DNA of 43,613 bases from Chthoniobacterales bacterium (GCA_035483355.1 DATHPZ010000088.1:1-43613); one strand, 5' to 3'; counted from the first letter of the stretch, positions 9,404 through 17,367 are shown. Numbers and translations: made by a program. Notes: generated by a model from the letters alone, not told the origin.

Positions 9404-10249
9404 ATGACCAGGTCGGTTCTGATCGCCGGGTGCGGTTTTGTCGGTCTTCCTCTCGCCCGGAGTTTCGTTTCTTCCGGGTGGGAGACACATGCGATTACAG
9501 CATCCAAAACTTCGGCAGCAAACCTTCACGGCGAACCCTTCAGCGCGTATGCTGCGGATATTACTGAGAGGACCAGCTGGGGACATTTCGCAGGCCGTCG
9601 CTTCGACGTCGTCGTGCATTGCGCCAGCTCCGGGCGAGGAGACGCCAGCAGATACGCGGCGGTTTTCTTTGCCGGTACCCAAAATCTGATGGCACATCTG
9701 GACTACGGACGCCTCATCTTCAGTAGTTCGACGTCGGTGTATGCTCAAACCGACGGCTCCTGGGTCGATGAAACGTCCCCTGCAGATCCCGTGCGGGAGA
9801 CCAGCCGCATCCTCCGCAAAACGGAGGATCTAGTGCTTGGCTCCGGGGGCACCGTCGCCCGTCTGGCGGGACTCTACGGCCCGGGACGTTGCGCTCCGTT
9901 GCAGAAGGTCCTGGATGGACGCGCAATGATCGAAGAAGATGGAACGCGCACCTTGAACACCTTGCACCAATTAGACGCTGCTCGGGCACTCCAGTTTCTC
10001 GCTCAAACGAAATCGAGCGATCTGTTCAATGTCGTTGACAACCAGCCACTTACAGAGATCGACTGGTTCCGATACATCTGCCACCGCTTGAATAAGCCGC
10101 TCCCTCCGGTCGGTCCACGCGATTCGAACCGGAAACGCGGCTGGACCAACAAACGAGTTAGCAACCGGAAGCTGCGATTGCTCGGCTGGGATCCGATTTA
10201 TCCCACATTCAAGGAAGGGGTGTCCTCGCTATTAGCGCAAGAGGGGTAG
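9404..10249 (+). CDS. NAD(P)-dependent epimerase/dehydratase family (SDR) protein
   Basis: A Rossmann N-terminus, VLIAGCGFVGLPLA, follows ATG 9404. The longer ORF from 9245 runs through a low-complexity repeat and looks non-coding. Confidence 0.75.
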   Translation: MTRSVLIAGCGFVGLPLARSFVSSGWETHAITASKTSAANLHGEPFSAYAADITERTSWGHFAGRRFDVVVHCASSGRGDASRYAAVFFAGTQNLMAHLDYGRLIFSSSTSVYAQTDGSWVDETSPADPVRETSRILRKTEDLVLGSGGTVARLAGLYGPGRCAPLQKVLDGRAMIEEDGTRTLNTLHQLDAARALQFLAQTKSSDLFNVVDNQPLTEIDWFRYICHRLNKPLPPVGPRDSNRKRGWTNKRVSNRKLRLLGWDPIYPTFKEGVSSLLAQEG

Positions 10250-10379
10250 AAGCCAAGGAGCCAAGAAGCCAGGAGCCACCAACCAGAGAGTGTCTCGGAT
10301 GTGGGCGACATGCCTCAGATCCCGATACGTTTCACTTCCCGCTCGTTTTTGAAAGTATGTGTGCTATATTCAGCTCTCT

Positions 10380-10700
10380 ATGGCTATGCAGAAGAAAAAC
10401 GCCTTTTCACGACGCCTCCCGGACTTGGTCACCGAAGAACTTGTCACAGTACTCTCTCAGAGGAAATCCTTTGAGTTTAAGCAACTCTTCGAGATTGTTC
10501 ACGAAAATCTTCGCCAGCGAAATGCAGCGAGTGGAGGCGAAGAAATGTTGCGTTTGCGTGCTTACGAAAAACTCCAAAATCTGGTAGCTCGAGGTGTGGT
10601 AAAGAAAAGCGGCAAAAGTTACAAGGGTGATTCATCCGCTTTAGCGGCAATGACCGCGGCGAACACGGCACAGGCTGCCGCGGTCGCTTCGAAGTCCTAA
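10380..10700 (+). CDS. Small hypothetical protein (about 106 aa) with an Ala-rich C-terminus
   Basis: The ORF lies immediately upstream of nuoA. I recognise no family. Coding-like composition and its position in an otherwise gene-free gap are the only support. The start could be 10380 or 10386. Confidence 0.45.
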   Translation: MAMQKKNAFSRRLPDLVTEELVTVLSQRKSFEFKQLFEIVHENLRQRNAASGGEEMLRLRAYEKLQNLVARGVVKKSGKSYKGDSSALAAMTAANTAQAAAVASKS

Positions 10701-10716
10701 GCCCCAAAATACTCCT

Positions 10717-11094
10717 ATGTTGCAGGATTACCTGCCGATCCTGTTGCAAGTAATCGTCGCGATCGGGTTCGCCGCTTTCGCATTGGTGGTGAGCGTCATT
10801 CTCGGTCGCGTCGGCAAACGCAATGCAATCAAGGATTCAGCCTACGAATGTGGCATGCTGCCGCAGGGCGAAGGTCAGCCGCGGTTCAGCGTCAAGTTTT
10901 ACCTGGTCGCGATGCTGTTCATTCTGTTCGATATTGAGATCGTGTTCATGTACCCGTGGGCAGTGGTCTACCGCGACTACGGCGACAAATTCAATCCATG
11001 GACCATTTTTGGGAGCATGCTTGGGTTTGTAGTGATCTTGATGGTCGGTTTCGTTTACGCAATCAAAAAGGGCGCGCTGGACTGGAAGCGCTAA
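10717..11094 (+). CDS. nuoA: NADH-quinone oxidoreductase subunit A
   Basis: 125 aa and three TM segments, with the conserved YECG...FDIEIVFMYPW motif. Confidence 0.85.
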   Translation: MLQDYLPILLQVIVAIGFAAFALVVSVILGRVGKRNAIKDSAYECGMLPQGEGQPRFSVKFYLVAMLFILFDIEIVFMYPWAVVYRDYGDKFNPWTIFGSMLGFVVILMVGFVYAIKKGALDWKR

Positions 11095-11179
11095 AACCCC
11101 CACGCACCCGCAAGGGAGCCGCTATCCTCGCCTAGCTCTTGGTGACAGGTGCGGTTCCCAGGGTGTGCAGGTTCTGGGC

Positions 11180-11207
11180 GTTTCGACGGTTCGAAATCTC
11201 GTTTTTT
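11180..11207 (+). terminator. Possible weak intrinsic terminator downstream of nuoA
   Basis: A 6-bp AU-rich hairpin, tttcga-cggt-tcgaaa (11181-11196), is followed by GTTTTTT (11201-11207). Confidence 0.3.
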
Positions 11208-11303
11208 GTGTTGGCACCTGTGAAGGCGACCGTGGATCGATCGCTGCTAACGCTCGCTCAGCCTTTTTCGCGAAATCAATGAAAGATCTTGTGAGGCTGC
11301 GTC

Positions 11304-11576
11304 ATGGTCGCGAAGAGAGTCTTATACGAAGGACGCGTACAGGGTGTTGGTTTCCGTTTTTCGGTTAAATCGATCACGACCGGGTATGACGTAGTCGGAT
11401 CGGTGAAGAACCTGATTGACGGTCGAGTCGAACTGGAGATTCAAGGTGAAGAAAGCGAAGTGGAGGAATTTCTTAAGGCCATTCTCGACAGCCATCTGCG
11501 CCGGCACATCAACCGATTCGTGGTGCACGATATTCCCATGAAAAAGGGGATCAAAGGATTTGAGATTCGGCATTGA
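11304..11576 (+). CDS. acyP: Acylphosphatase
   Basis: 90 aa with the signature GRVQGVGFR and a GSVKN..DGRVE motif. Confidence 0.85.
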   Translation: MVAKRVLYEGRVQGVGFRFSVKSITTGYDVVGSVKNLIDGRVELEIQGEESEVEEFLKAILDSHLRRHINRFVVHDIPMKKGIKGFEIRH

Positions 11577-11681
11577 GCCTGGGGCATTGGCTTTCGCCGC
11601 AAAATATTCCCGGTGCAAAATGTTCCTCCAAACACAAAACCGTAGACTGTAATCACGTTCGGTCTCATACTTCGCAGCACG

Positions 11682-12404
11682 ATGCGGATTGCGATATTTG
11701 GCGACATTCACGCCAATCTTGAGGCGTTTGACGTTGTGCTCAAGGACGCTCGGGATCAGGGGTGTACGTTCTATATATGTCTTGGGGACGTGGTGGGCTA
11801 CAATGCCAATCCGCGAGAGTGCCTGCAGATCGTACAGTCGTTAAAATGCCCCGTTGTGAAGGGAAACCACGATGACTACGCGTCGTCCGACAGCTCCCTG
11901 GAGAGCTTTAATCCGCTCGCCGAAGTCGCTATCCAGTGGACCCGTGATCAATTGAATCCTGCGGAGAAGTTCTGGCTTGGCGGACTCCCGCTCGTCACCA
12001 GGATTCATGGATTCACGGTCGTCCATGCCTCTTTGGAAGATCCAGGGGGATGGGGCTATGTCTTGAATCAATTGGATGCAGCCGCCAGTTTTTCCAAACA
12101 AACAACGGAACTCTGCTTTTTTGGTCATACCCACACTCCGCGAGCTTACATTAAGGACAGTTCTGTGGTTGGACTTCCATTCGATCAGCTGATCCTGGAA
12201 CCGGGTAAGCGGTACTTCGTCAACGCAGGCAGTGTCGGCCAGCCAAGGGATGGAGACTGGCGAGCTTCTTACGTGGTATTTGACAAAGAAAAACGCAAGA
12301 TCCGATTGCGCCGGCTCCAGTATGATTTGCCGAAGACTCAGGGGAAAATCCTGGCGGCAGGACTACCTCCGAGGCTGGCTGATCGCCTTGCGTTCGGAAA
12401 ATGA
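11682..12404 (+). CDS. Metallophosphoesterase family protein (calcineurin-like)
   Basis: Motifs are in the canonical order: IFGDIHAN, GDVVGY, GNHD, GHTH. Confidence 0.8.
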   Translation: MRIAIFGDIHANLEAFDVVLKDARDQGCTFYICLGDVVGYNANPRECLQIVQSLKCPVVKGNHDDYASSDSSLESFNPLAEVAIQWTRDQLNPAEKFWLGGLPLVTRIHGFTVVHASLEDPGGWGYVLNQLDAAASFSKQTTELCFFGHTHTPRAYIKDSSVVGLPFDQLILEPGKRYFVNAGSVGQPRDGDWRASYVVFDKEKRKIRLRRLQYDLPKTQGKILAAGLPPRLADRLAFGK

Positions 12405-13369
12405 CACCATCGTCCGTGCTCGTGGTCAAACCAAGCTCGCTTGGCGATATCGTCCACACCCTGCCGGCCGTCCATTATTTGAAGACGACTTTTCGGGATG
12501 CGCAAATTTCCTGGATTGCGAACACGGAATGGGCGCCCCTCCTGCAGGAGAATTCCGACCTCAAAACAGTGATCCTGTTGCCCAGAAAAGAGTTCACAGG
12601 TCCGATCGGGATTTTCAATTTTGTTCGATGGTGTCGTGGACTATCGCGATTGGAACCCGACCTGGTCCTGGATTTTCAAGGGTTGCTGCGAAGCGCATGG
12701 ATTTCGCGGAGCGCGAAAGGCAAGTCGGTGTTCGGCTTGTCGGATTCAAGAGAAGCGTCTCGATTCTGTTACGACAGGCGAGCCGTGGTCAATCCCAGCC
12801 AGCACTCTGTCGAGCGCTATCTGGAGCTGGCGAAACTCGCCGGGGCTGACACTTCCGGACCGATTCTATTCCCTTTGCCGCGCGGAAAAACGATCCCATC
12901 GCTCGAATTGCCGGAGCGTTTCGTCGCCCTACACCCCTTTGCGCGCGGAGCCGGCAAATCTTTGACGCCGAAGGAGATCTTTGAGTTTATCAATCTGCTT
13001 ATTCCAATTCCCGTCGTTGTCGTTGGACGATCCAGCGCGAGCTTTGCGATGGGTCGCAACGGAGTCTCGGTGGTCAATCAAACCGATTTACTTGAATTGA
13101 TCTGGATCCTGCGTCGATCGAGTTTCATTGTCAGCGTCGACAGCGGTCCGATGCACATTGGCGCGGCAATCACTCCGGAGTTGCTCTCGATCCACACCTG
13201 GAGCGACCCGGGATCGGTTGGGCCTTATAACCCCGATGCATGGATATGGAAGGGCCGCCGCATTTTTCAGGTGCGGTCAATTCGATCAGGAGAATCGCGG
13301 GAGGGAAACCATGAGCGTCCTAACCTCGCCCAGATCGCGAGTTTTGTGCGCGACCGGTTGTTGCATTAA
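12401..13369 (+). CDS. Glycosyltransferase family 9 (heptosyltransferase-like)
   Basis: The N-terminus VLVVKPSSLGDIVHTLPA is typical of GT9, and the C-terminus has a VDSGPMHIGAA motif. An ATGA start/stop overlap links it to the upstream gene. Confidence 0.8.
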   Translation: MTPSSVLVVKPSSLGDIVHTLPAVHYLKTTFRDAQISWIANTEWAPLLQENSDLKTVILLPRKEFTGPIGIFNFVRWCRGLSRLEPDLVLDFQGLLRSAWISRSAKGKSVFGLSDSREASRFCYDRRAVVNPSQHSVERYLELAKLAGADTSGPILFPLPRGKTIPSLELPERFVALHPFARGAGKSLTPKEIFEFINLLIPIPVVVVGRSSASFAMGRNGVSVVNQTDLLELIWILRRSSFIVSVDSGPMHIGAAITPELLSIHTWSDPGSVGPYNPDAWIWKGRRIFQVRSIRSGESREGNHERPNLAQIASFVRDRLLH

Positions 13370-13397
13370 TCCCTCCTCGTCGCTATTGGAATCAGAT

Positions 13398-13886
13398 ATG
13401 CCTTCTTTCGACATCGTCTCCGAGGTGGACAAGCAAGAGATTGACAACGCGATCAACCAGGCGAGGAAAGAATTGAGTACGCGGTTCGATTTCAAAGACA
13501 GTAAGGCCACTGTCGAAATGGCCGACCCTGAGCTGATTCAACTCACCGCAGAAGATGGCGGCAAATTAAAGTCCTTGATGGAAATCGTGATCGGAAGACT
13601 CGCGAAGCGGAACATCGATCTCCGTAATGTGGAACGAAAAGATCCGGCGATTTCGCCGCTTGGACACGCGCGTCAGGAAATTCACATCAAGCAGGGGCTG
13701 GACGGCGACAAAGCCAAGGAGATCATCAAAGCGATTAAAGCGCTGGATGCCAAGGTTCAGAGCCAAATCCAGGATCGGCAAATCCGAGTGACAGGCAAAA
13801 AGAGAGACGAACTTCAAGCGGTCATTCAATTCCTGCGGAGCAAGGATTTCGGCGTTGGTCTCGGTTTCAAGAACTTCAGAGACTAG
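13398..13886 (+). CDS. yajQ: YajQ family (UPF0234) nucleotide/cyclic-di-GMP-binding protein
   Basis: 162 aa starting MPSFDIVSEVDKQEIDNAINQ..KEL..RFDFK, the canonical YajQ N-terminus. The longer ORF from 13128 overlaps the GT9 gene and is not credible. Confidence 0.85.
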   Translation: MPSFDIVSEVDKQEIDNAINQARKELSTRFDFKDSKATVEMADPELIQLTAEDGGKLKSLMEIVIGRLAKRNIDLRNVERKDPAISPLGHARQEIHIKQGLDGDKAKEIIKAIKALDAKVQSQIQDRQIRVTGKKRDELQAVIQFLRSKDFGVGLGFKNFRD

Positions 13887-14154
13887 TGCATCGTCTCATA
13901 AGTGGGAGGCATACCGCCGTCGGCGATTTGGCCGATTTTCAAGGCGCGAGCGACGAGCATACTTTGATCCGTGAGGAACGAGCAACGCGGAAAATCGGCC
14001 AAAGCGCCATCGGCCCTCTGGGTTGGCTTGAAAAGGGTCCGTCTGCGTCGTTGCTCGTTCGTTACGGATCGAAGCGGATACGCTCCTCACTCGCGCCTAG
14101 CATCCAGACCCTTTTGAAGCCAACGGTATGCCTCCCACTTATGAGACGATGCAC
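13886..14154. repeat. Structured palindromic intergenic element, copy B (homologue of 2231-2505)
   Basis: The 31-nt arms 13886-13916 and 14124-14154 are complementary at 31/31. Inner helices are 13942-13950/14090-14098 and 13977-13988/14049-14060. Conserved core blocks are shared with copy A in the same order and strand. Confidence 0.75.
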
Positions 14155-14167
14155 GAGTGTCCTGTGA

Positions 14168-14407
14168 TTATCCACCTTGAACCGGCGGCATCAACGAAAT
14201 CAAATCTCCCGCTTTGACCACATAATCTCGCCGGACCCACTCGGTTCCCGCGGCGATCAAAAGATGTTTGTTCCAAACCTCCAGGCTTGGTCTTTGTTGG
14301 AACAGTTTGTGCAGCAAAATCTCGACGGTCGTTCCGTCCGCCAATTCAATCGAGTCCGGTCCCCCTAAACTGCGCAGATGAGCAAAGTATTGGATTTGAA
14401 TCAGCAT
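14168..14407 (-). CDS. moaD: MoaD/ThiS family sulfur-carrier protein
   Basis: 79 aa ending in the diagnostic C-terminal GG (PPVQGG). It overlaps the hpt stop by 7 nt. Confidence 0.75.
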   Translation of the reverse strand: MLIQIQYFAHLRSLGGPDSIELADGTTVEILLHKLFQQRPSLEVWNKHLLIAAGTEWVRRDYVVKAGDLISLMPPVQGG

Positions 14408-14940
14408 TCTTCGGTTTTTAAAACGCCAATCAATGGCAAGTTTCGATATCGTTCTTGATAGTCGAGGCCGTAGCCGACGACAAACTCGTCCTCAATATCG
14501 AATCCGACATAGTCCGCCTCAATCGACAGGCTCCGCTTTTTCATTTTTCGCAAAAGCACACAGCTTTTCAGGCTTAAAGGCCCGGCTTCCAGACGGATAG
14601 TCTCGATAATCGATGCCAGGGTGTTTCCACTATCCAGGATATCATCGAGCAACAAGACGTGCCTGCCGTGCACCAGCGGCAGCGCCGCGTGATCGAACTG
14701 TACGCGCCCAGTTGACACCGTGCCGCCATAGTAACTCTTCACCCGCAAGCAATCCAACTGGAGCGGAAGCGGAATCCGGCGGAGGAGATCGGACATGAAG
14801 ATCAGGCTGCCATTCAGAACCGCGAGCACGGTCAGATCCTTTCCGTGATAGTCCTCCGTGATCTGAACTGCCAGTTGATCTAGTCGGGCGGCAATTTCCT
14901 CCTGACTATAAAGAACTCTCTTCAGGTCGCTTTGCATCAA
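14401..14940 (-). CDS. hpt: Hypoxanthine phosphoribosyltransferase
   Basis: 179 aa with the PRPP-binding motif VLLLDDILDSGNTL and typical Hpt spacing. Confidence 0.9.
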   Translation of the reverse strand: MMQSDLKRVLYSQEEIAARLDQLAVQITEDYHGKDLTVLAVLNGSLIFMSDLLRRIPLPLQLDCLRVKSYYGGTVSTGRVQFDHAALPLVHGRHVLLLDDILDSGNTLASIIETIRLEAGPLSLKSCVLLRKMKKRSLSIEADYVGFDIEDEFVVGYGLDYQERYRNLPLIGVLKTEEC

Positions 14941-14960
14941 GTTGTTCCGAATAATTTAAG

Positions 14961-15596
14961 TCAGCCGGCCCTTTTCGACGTTGCCCCCATGACATTGAAA
15001 GCAGCACGTCGAGCGTACCGGCGAATCAGCATCGTTAAGCGCTGCCGGTTCGTTTTGTCAGTGAATCTGATGCCATTCACGCCGGCGACGCGACGGAGTT
15101 CAGAAAGCGTTCGTGAGCCAATCTCTTTGGTGAATTCTTCATCCAGCAGATGGCCCAAGCGGATAAATTCATGCTGAAGAAGCGCCTTATCTTTGCCTCC
15201 GGATTCCACGTGCGCAACCTGAGCAAACGCCTCATTCAAAAATTCCACCGCTCGATCCTGTTGACCGGCTCCATGGACCAATTCGATGAACTCGCGTTTC
15301 GCCGCAACCAGCTCTTGCGACTTCAGGCGTTTCCCGCAGATTAGTTTTACCCCGTGTTTGAGCAGAGCAATGGTGAGATGTCTTTTCGATGCTGGAGAAC
15401 GAAGCAAGCTTTCGAGCAAGAGCTCCCCGGACTTTCGGCTGGCCAGATGGCTCTCAAACTGTTCCTCAAAACGCTGAAGCTGCAAGGCCAGCTTTCCAGC
15501 CGACCGCCCGAGATTTTCCCCCTCCAATTTGTCGGCGTGTCTGGCCAGCCGTTCTCCGAGTTGCGAAAGCCTGCTTGCGAGATCTGCGTAATTCAT
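14961..15596 (-). CDS. Hypothetical helical protein with HeH/SAP/Rho_N-like motifs; partner of the ParA-like ATPase
   Basis: 211 aa. The start ATG overlaps the ParA-like stop (ATGA). The N-terminus is coiled-coil-like. The C-terminal LSELRRVAGVNGIRFTDKTNRQRLTMLIRR fits the helix-extended-helix pattern. I recognise no family. Confidence 0.6.
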   Translation of the reverse strand: MNYADLASRLSQLGERLARHADKLEGENLGRSAGKLALQLQRFEEQFESHLASRKSGELLLESLLRSPASKRHLTIALLKHGVKLICGKRLKSQELVAAKREFIELVHGAGQQDRAVEFLNEAFAQVAHVESGGKDKALLQHEFIRLGHLLDEEFTKEIGSRTLSELRRVAGVNGIRFTDKTNRQRLTMLIRRYARRAAFNVMGATSKRAG

Positions 15597-16501
15597 TTTT
15601 TGCTCTCAAAGAGGTCAACCAACCGTTGTGTCAGATCAGCATAATCCTGTGCGCCGATGCTGCCCGGCGCGTACAAGATTACCGGCAAGTGCTCGCTCGT
15701 GGATTCGGCGACCCGGACACAATGCCGAATATAAGGTTGGAGCAGGATCGCCTGTTCAGAGAGCATCCCTTCCTGACGGAGCGCGGCCATAGAAAGTTCA
15801 AGCTCATTCACGGCCAACCGAAAAACGTTGCCTGTCTGCCGGTAATGACTAACGATCAGAGCTCCAATATTTGGCTTCCGGCGCCCCGGAAGGTAGGGCG
15901 CGAATTTCTCCCGCATCTCGACGATCTGTTCGGCCAATACCTGGAAACCGGAAAGCGACAAATAGTCGGGCACATAGGGAACAATGCAGGTATCCGAAGA
16001 AAAAATCGCGGCCTTTGTCGTACTGTAGAGGTTCGGTGGACAGTCCAGAAGGACATAGTCGTATTGTTTGAACCGCGTCCCCAGCGCCAAATCCAGAATC
16101 TGATAGATCACCGGGGCACGCAACTCATGAATCCTATCCTCAATCCGCAGCAACTCGACCGATGCGGGCAGCAGATGGAGGCTCGGTAGATCGGTGAATC
16201 CGGTCCAGGTCACCACCCCTTTCACCAACGCCTCATCGAAATTGAAACGAGCCTTCCCTTGCAGCGCATCGTCAAAAATTTGAAAGGTCGAGCGTCGCCC
16301 ACGAAGCACATGATCGCGCCAGCGATCCGGACGCATTAGCCAGACACTTGAATTGGATTGCGGATCGAGATCGACAATCAGCACTCTCTTTTCATGGAGC
16401 TTTGCGAGCGTTGCCCCAATATTGACGACCGTAGCGGTCTTCCCAACGCCACCTTTGAAATTGATGAATGCGAGGACCTTGGAACTCATCGATTGCCGCA
16501 T
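15593..16501 (-). CDS. ParA/Soj/MinD-family P-loop ATPase (orphan ParA-like)
   Basis: It has the deviant Walker A, FKGGVGKTATVVN, followed by VLIVDLDPQSN and DYVLLDCPP. The start is probably ATG 16501 or 16489 rather than the ORF maximum of 16606. Confidence 0.85.
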   Translation of the reverse strand: MRQSMSSKVLAFINFKGGVGKTATVVNIGATLAKLHEKRVLIVDLDPQSNSSVWLMRPDRWRDHVLRGRRSTFQIFDDALQGKARFNFDEALVKGVVTWTGFTDLPSLHLLPASVELLRIEDRIHELRAPVIYQILDLALGTRFKQYDYVLLDCPPNLYSTTKAAIFSSDTCIVPYVPDYLSLSGFQVLAEQIVEMREKFAPYLPGRRKPNIGALIVSHYRQTGNVFRLAVNELELSMAALRQEGMLSEQAILLQPYIRHCVRVAESTSEHLPVILYAPGSIGAQDYADLTQRLVDLFESKK

Positions 16502-16583
16502 TCCATAACGGGTGAAAGCGACGTTCTGATCAAGTTCTTTTCTTGCCAATGATCCCTGGTGTTGGTGACTTTCAGGGATTGTC

Positions 16584-16605
16584 TGTCCTGTCCCGGGACA
16601 GGACA
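16584..16605. repeat. Perfect 22-bp palindrome TGTCCTGTCCCGGGACAGGACA in the divergent parA-like/TPR intergenic region (candidate operator or REP-like hairpin)
   Basis: The perfect palindrome can be read directly. On the minus strand it contains AGTGTCCTGTCCC, the same motif that forms the outer end of element A. Confidence 0.6.
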
Positions 16606-16619
16606 CTAGCTATAACTTT

Positions 16620-17162
16620 ATGAATTATATCGGTTTAACGGACACTGACTACGACGAGAAACTCCGCGAGATGGGAAATTACCTGTGGGAACTTGAGCAG
16701 GAAGCCGATCTCGCAAGTGCCCAAGGACAAGTAGCGCGGGTCGAAGAAATCGAAGCGAAAATATTGGGTCAGGCCGAACGCGCGCACGCTTTTTTCCAAA
16801 TCGCCGGGAGCCACCAGGTTCTCGCCGCCTATGTTGCCGGCCTTGGGTACCGGATGACGAAGCGCTGGCCCGAAGCAACAGATCATTTCCGCTCCGTCCT
16901 GCAGCTTTCTCCGATGAACGGCGAGGCCTGGCTTGAGCTTACCTGGTGCCTTGCGGAACTCGGTCGATGGGAAGAATGCGAAATAGCTGCCAGGAAATCC
17001 GTGGAGATTTTTCCGAATACGGCGGCTAGTTGGGGGAACCTCGCGTTGGCGCTCAGTAAGCTCGAGAGAAAGATTGAAGCAAAAGAAGCAATCCGGCACG
17101 CGATCGTTCTCGAGCCAGCCGATCTTCGCAACCGTGCCATTGAAGATCAAATTTCGTCGTAG
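16620..17162 (+). CDS. Tetratricopeptide repeat (TPR) protein
   Basis: 180 aa with repeated A/W/L-rich 34-residue TPR-like units (GEAWLELTWCLAELGRWEECE, AASWGNLALALSKLERKIEA). Confidence 0.75.
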   Translation: MNYIGLTDTDYDEKLREMGNYLWELEQEADLASAQGQVARVEEIEAKILGQAERAHAFFQIAGSHQVLAAYVAGLGYRMTKRWPEATDHFRSVLQLSPMNGEAWLELTWCLAELGRWEECEIAARKSVEIFPNTAASWGNLALALSKLERKIEAKEAIRHAIVLEPADLRNRAIEDQISS

Positions 17163-17367
17163 TCGCCTGCATCGCTCTCCGCGGGTGGGTGAAGCGTTCC
17201 GTTTTACCGAGGCATGAGGAAGCAAAGCGGGAGTATGCGTTTTAGCGCCGGTTTTACGGCCCGAAGGGCCAAGATAGCTTAGCCCAAATTTTTGCGGCGC
17301 CCACTTTCTCGAAATGTCCAAATTACGCCCGTAAAGACGCTGAACAGCTACAAGCGGGACGCTTCGC

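Noticed and set aside
10250-10285. Short 8-nt-periodic repeat AGCCAAGG/AGCCAAGA/AGCCAGGA immediately after the SDR stop.
   Set aside because: It has only 3-4 degenerate units and no pairing or known motif. It is most likely incidental low complexity.
13886-14167. 93-aa ORF spanning all of element B, plus ORFs across element A (2191-2415, 2285-2476, and the tail of 2061-2381) that share an FQGASD peptide.
   Set aside because: The shared peptide only reflects the conserved DNA block. The frames are not conserved across the two copies, the translations are Arg/Ser-rich, and the sequence is almost fully self-complementary. A structural repeat explains these ORFs better than coding does.
16584-16605. 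Palindrome as a Verrucomicrobia-type LexA (SOS) box.
   Set aside because: As I recall it, the published verrucomicrobial LexA motif is TGTTC-N4-GAACA. The palindrome here is TGTCC-based with different spacing, and no SOS gene is adjacent.
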